DNA of 63,622 nucleotides, counting the filler, from Asterionella formosa (Eukaryota), in NCBI GenBank assembly GCA_002256025.1. It is 27 parts of 27 records of this genome, joined end to end, with 100 filler letters (N's around TTAATTAATTAA, not from the genome) between each part and the next. Parts side by side here need not be neighbours in the genome. Positions count along the whole stretch, not along the records: positions 60,221 to 61,288 come from NKIB01004557.1; positions 61,389 to 62,455 come from NKIB01004558.1; positions 62,556 to 63,622 come from NKIB01004559.1; 24 more parts are not named here. One strand, 5' to 3'. The first letter of the stretch is position 1; every line of letters starts with the position of its first letter. The notes beneath the pieces were generated by a model. The model was not told the DNA's origin and ran no database searches. It was given only the letters and a program-made list of their open reading frames with translations. Shown here piece by piece: positions 61,075-63,622 of this stretch. The position numbers were made by a program, and so were the translations under genes.

Positions 61075-61288
61075 TAGACAACCATGTCAGATCCGTTCCA
61101 TTGCAAATCTTCCTTCAATAGGTCAAACTCGTCATCCTTGAGCTTGCCTTCCAGTGGCATAGTAGTACTGAAGCGCTTCCGGAAAGATACGCTCCTTTTC
61201 GGCTACTGTGAGACGAATGAGTTCCCCACTTTCCGGATCGACGACACAGTATTCCTCGTCAGGAATGCATTCTTCTTCCTGCAAGTTA
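61075..61288 (-). pseudogene. PGRL1: PGRL1-like gene fragment, copy B (frameshifted, truncated)
   Basis: Nearly identical to 59053-59203. After a frameshift it continues as LKDDEFDLLKEDLQWNGSDMVV*. Confidence 0.7.
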
Positions 61289-61619
61289 NNNNNNNNNNNN
61301 NNNNNNNNNNNNNNNNNNNNNNNNNNNNNNNNTTAATTAATTAANNNNNNNNNNNNNNNNNNNNNNNNNNNNNNNNNNNNNNNNNNNNGGAAGCAATCTG
61401 GGAGGGAAGCCAAGGATCCCACAGTATGTACATTCGTAAGTACCTCATATTTCATATGTAGACCTACTGCCTACACATATACCAGCAATCATAAAGAATT
61501 GTCTTCGAGCTTCGATATGTAGCTAACATATATCGCACCGAGCGAAAGGTGTTGGTTCGCTAGGCCAGACAGGCAGGCATGCGAAGCAAGTCTCAACTTT
61601 TCTTGTACCTGGTACCATG

Positions 61620-62455
61620 TGTTGTAACAACTACCGTATTCGACCGTATCGTAGGCCTTGAACCTAGTACTGTGTTAATCGAATACAGTTGATGAAATTG
61701 ATAGCAACGAGGAAGTTGTCAAACTTAAACTTTCACTTTACTAACTGGATTGTTTCGAGATAATGGTCTCGAAACACTCTTATTACTCACACTGCATTTT
61801 AACATTTTTTCTTGACCTCTGATTGCTTTTCCTTGCGTGGTGCCTTTTACCACGTCAGCCCAGGTAACTCTTGGTAGCGGCTGTACGGTTTTAACTGTAG
61901 TACTGTACTCTCTCCTGTCTACTATACCCTTCACGCCTGTCCTGTGGCAGTCAGCTCGAATTTTTTTAACACGCTCCTCGGCTGTTGCCAGGGAACTGGC
62001 AGTCAGGGTATCGACGTGCGCGGCTCCTAGAAGCACATTACGGAATGTTCTGAACAGGTTTCCTTGCAGTGGTTTCGTAAAGAAATCCCCCAACATTTCC
62101 AACGTTGGACAATGGCGAATGGTGATTCCTTCATCTACCGATCGATCCTTAATCCAGAAATAGCGGATGTTGATATGCCGAGACTTTGGCCCTGCCGAAA
62201 TTCGTCCGTTCTTCTCGAGTTTAATTGCGCTCTCGTTCTCTTGTTCGAAGAAACTCTCTTGAATCTTGTATCCCTGTGCTTCAAGAAACATTTTTACCCA
62301 CAGCGTGTTCGGGAGATAATCGCTGGCGCCCACAAATTCAGCCTCCGTCGAACTCTTTGTGTTCAATTTCTGCTTGGTCGACTTGCATATGATGCCTCCA
62401 GTTCCAAAAGACATCACGCCACCGGTGTGGCTCTTCATGTCAGGGTGCACGGCAA
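61620..62455 (-). mobile_element. Ty1/copia 3' end: RNase H, purine tract and 3' LTR (about 61971 to 61620)
   Basis: HPDMKSHTGG, KQKLNTKSSTEAEFVG, SRHINIRYFWIKD, CPTLEMLGDFFTKPLQG. GAGGAGCG is followed by TGTT..., and ...AACA occurs at 61620. Confidence 0.88.
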
Positions 62456-62626
62456 NNNNNNNNNNNNNNNNNNNNNNNNNNNNNNNNNNNNNNNNNNNNT
62501 TAATTAATTAANNNNNNNNNNNNNNNNNNNNNNNNNNNNNNNNNNNNNNNNNNNNACTGCACATTTTTATGAACTGACTATTATTATCTGATCTGATATA
62601 TATATATATAAATAAAAGGATTTATT

Positions 62627-63622
62627 CTAACCAAAGAAGACATCAAAAAGGTTAAAAATTGGGGCAATGAAGCTCTTGATGTAGAGCCAGAAGCCACCGC
62701 TTCCTGACGATTGAAGGTCGTCCTCCTCCTCTTCTTGATGGCAAGGGTCATGACTCCATGTATCGAGCATGGACAAGAAATGATCCTTGTTTGCAACGAC
62801 AACATCAGGGCTCGCCATGAATTCTTCGCGAATCCACTTCTGAGTCTTCGTTCCTTGTGCGACAAGCAATGCTCTCATGGCATCGTACTTGGAGTCACAG
62901 ATATCAATGGATTCCTTGTGCGCAAAGTCTCCAACGAAGTTATTGTTCTCCTGCCTCAGAACGTCCATTGGCTTTTCAAGACCAAGGAAACTTCGAAGTT
63001 GCTGTTGGAAGCTTTCCCTGCGTTCACCAATGTTATCTTCCATTTGTGCCATTGTATACAAGAAAATCTTGAAGTCATTTGGCTTGACAGCTAAGTGCGG
63101 TCGACCGACCATGTCCTCGAAATCATCAACGGACATCTCAGTCTTACCGAGTTGCATCAAGTACAACTCAAACCGGGCAGAGTCAGTAGACACTCCATTC
63201 CATTCGTTATTGCCAAAAAGGGACTCCACAGGCGGAATGCTGTCAGTGGGAAGTTTCTGGTCGTAAATCTCAGTGATACGTTGGTTGTAGTAGGATTGGA
63301 AGTACTCGATTGGATGACGGACTCCAATGAGCAAGTTGGCATTTGGAGAATGTAAATCGATGCGTTCAAGAGACCTTGAGTTGGAAATTCCAATTGGGCA
63401 CTTTAATCCGAGTTTAACAGAAGGATCCTGGGAAAGCATGGAAAGTTCGTTGTCCAAAGTATCAAGTGCCTCTTGATCCGAAAGACTGGAATCAGCCATT
63501 GCGCATTGCTCGTTCGAGCTAACAGAGGTCTCCATGTTGTTGTCAAATACCTGCAACAAGGACGACGACCCACACTTAGGGAATCCAGCAATAACAAAGT
63601 GAATCTTTGGCCTGACGTAGAA
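62627..63622 (-). CDS. Sulfotransferase-like (P-loop) protein, 5'-partial
   Basis: The frame extends to the window end. FVIAGFPKCGSSSL is a PAPS-binding-like loop; also GLKCP and LLIGVRHPIEYFQSYYN. Confidence 0.75.
   Translation of the reverse strand, partial: FYVRPKIHFVIAGFPKCGSSSLLQVFDNNMETSVSSNEQCAMADSSLSDQEALDTLDNELSMLSQDPSVKLGLKCPIGISNSRSLERIDLHSPNANLLIGVRHPIEYFQSYYNQRITEIYDQKLPTDSIPPVESLFGNNEWNGVSTDSARFELYLMQLGKTEMSVDDFEDMVGRPHLAVKPNDFKIFLYTMAQMEDNIGERRESFQQQLRSFLGLEKPMDVLRQENNNFVGDFAHKESIDICDSKYDAMRALLVAQGTKTQKWIREEFMASPDVVVANKDHFLSMLDTWSHDPCHQEEEEDDLQSSGSGGFWLYIKSFIAPIFNLFDVFFG

Noticed and set aside
1071..62555. Regularly spaced TTAATTAATTAA as a biological repeat, and ORFs ending in X...LIN
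   Set aside because: These are artificial contig spacers. Adjacency across them is meaningless, so no operon or cluster can be inferred.

Overview
This window is not one locus. It is a concatenation of about 25 separate contigs joined by artificial N-TTAATTAATTAA-N spacers: most are about 1.07 kb, and two are about 17 kb (9361-26507 and 26609-43762). Contig 1 (1-1070) is GC-rich bacterial DNA with a partial moeB/thiF gene and REP-like palindromes. The rest looks like a diatom nuclear genome, judging from GT-AG introns, bipartite plastid-targeting signals and diatom-type retroelements. Host genes include RAD6/UBC2, a TMX-like thioredoxin, an L7Ae (POP3/RPP38-like) protein, an ShKT prolyl 4-hydroxylase, plastid FtsZ, MOB1, LRR and ARM proteins, a sulfotransferase-like protein and tRNA-Ser(GCT). 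Mobile DNA includes Ty1/copia pieces, DIRS/Ngaro-like pieces, a Crypton-like relic and a mariner relic. Four signals stand out. (1) The abundant TACCGGTA/TACCAGGTA/TACCTGGTA words appear, in copy-versus-copy comparisons inside the window, to be short insertions that duplicate a TA, as expected for Tc1/mariner excision footprints; repeated events would build the GTAC microsatellites. (2) A dispersed tRNA-Ala-derived Pol III-like module with a shortened anticodon arm occurs on three contigs. (3) A DIRS-like element has an in-frame UGA-CUA-G gag-pol junction. (4) There is a rod-like GC-rich hairpin of about 143 nt. All protein family calls come from motif recognition by eye; no database search was run.
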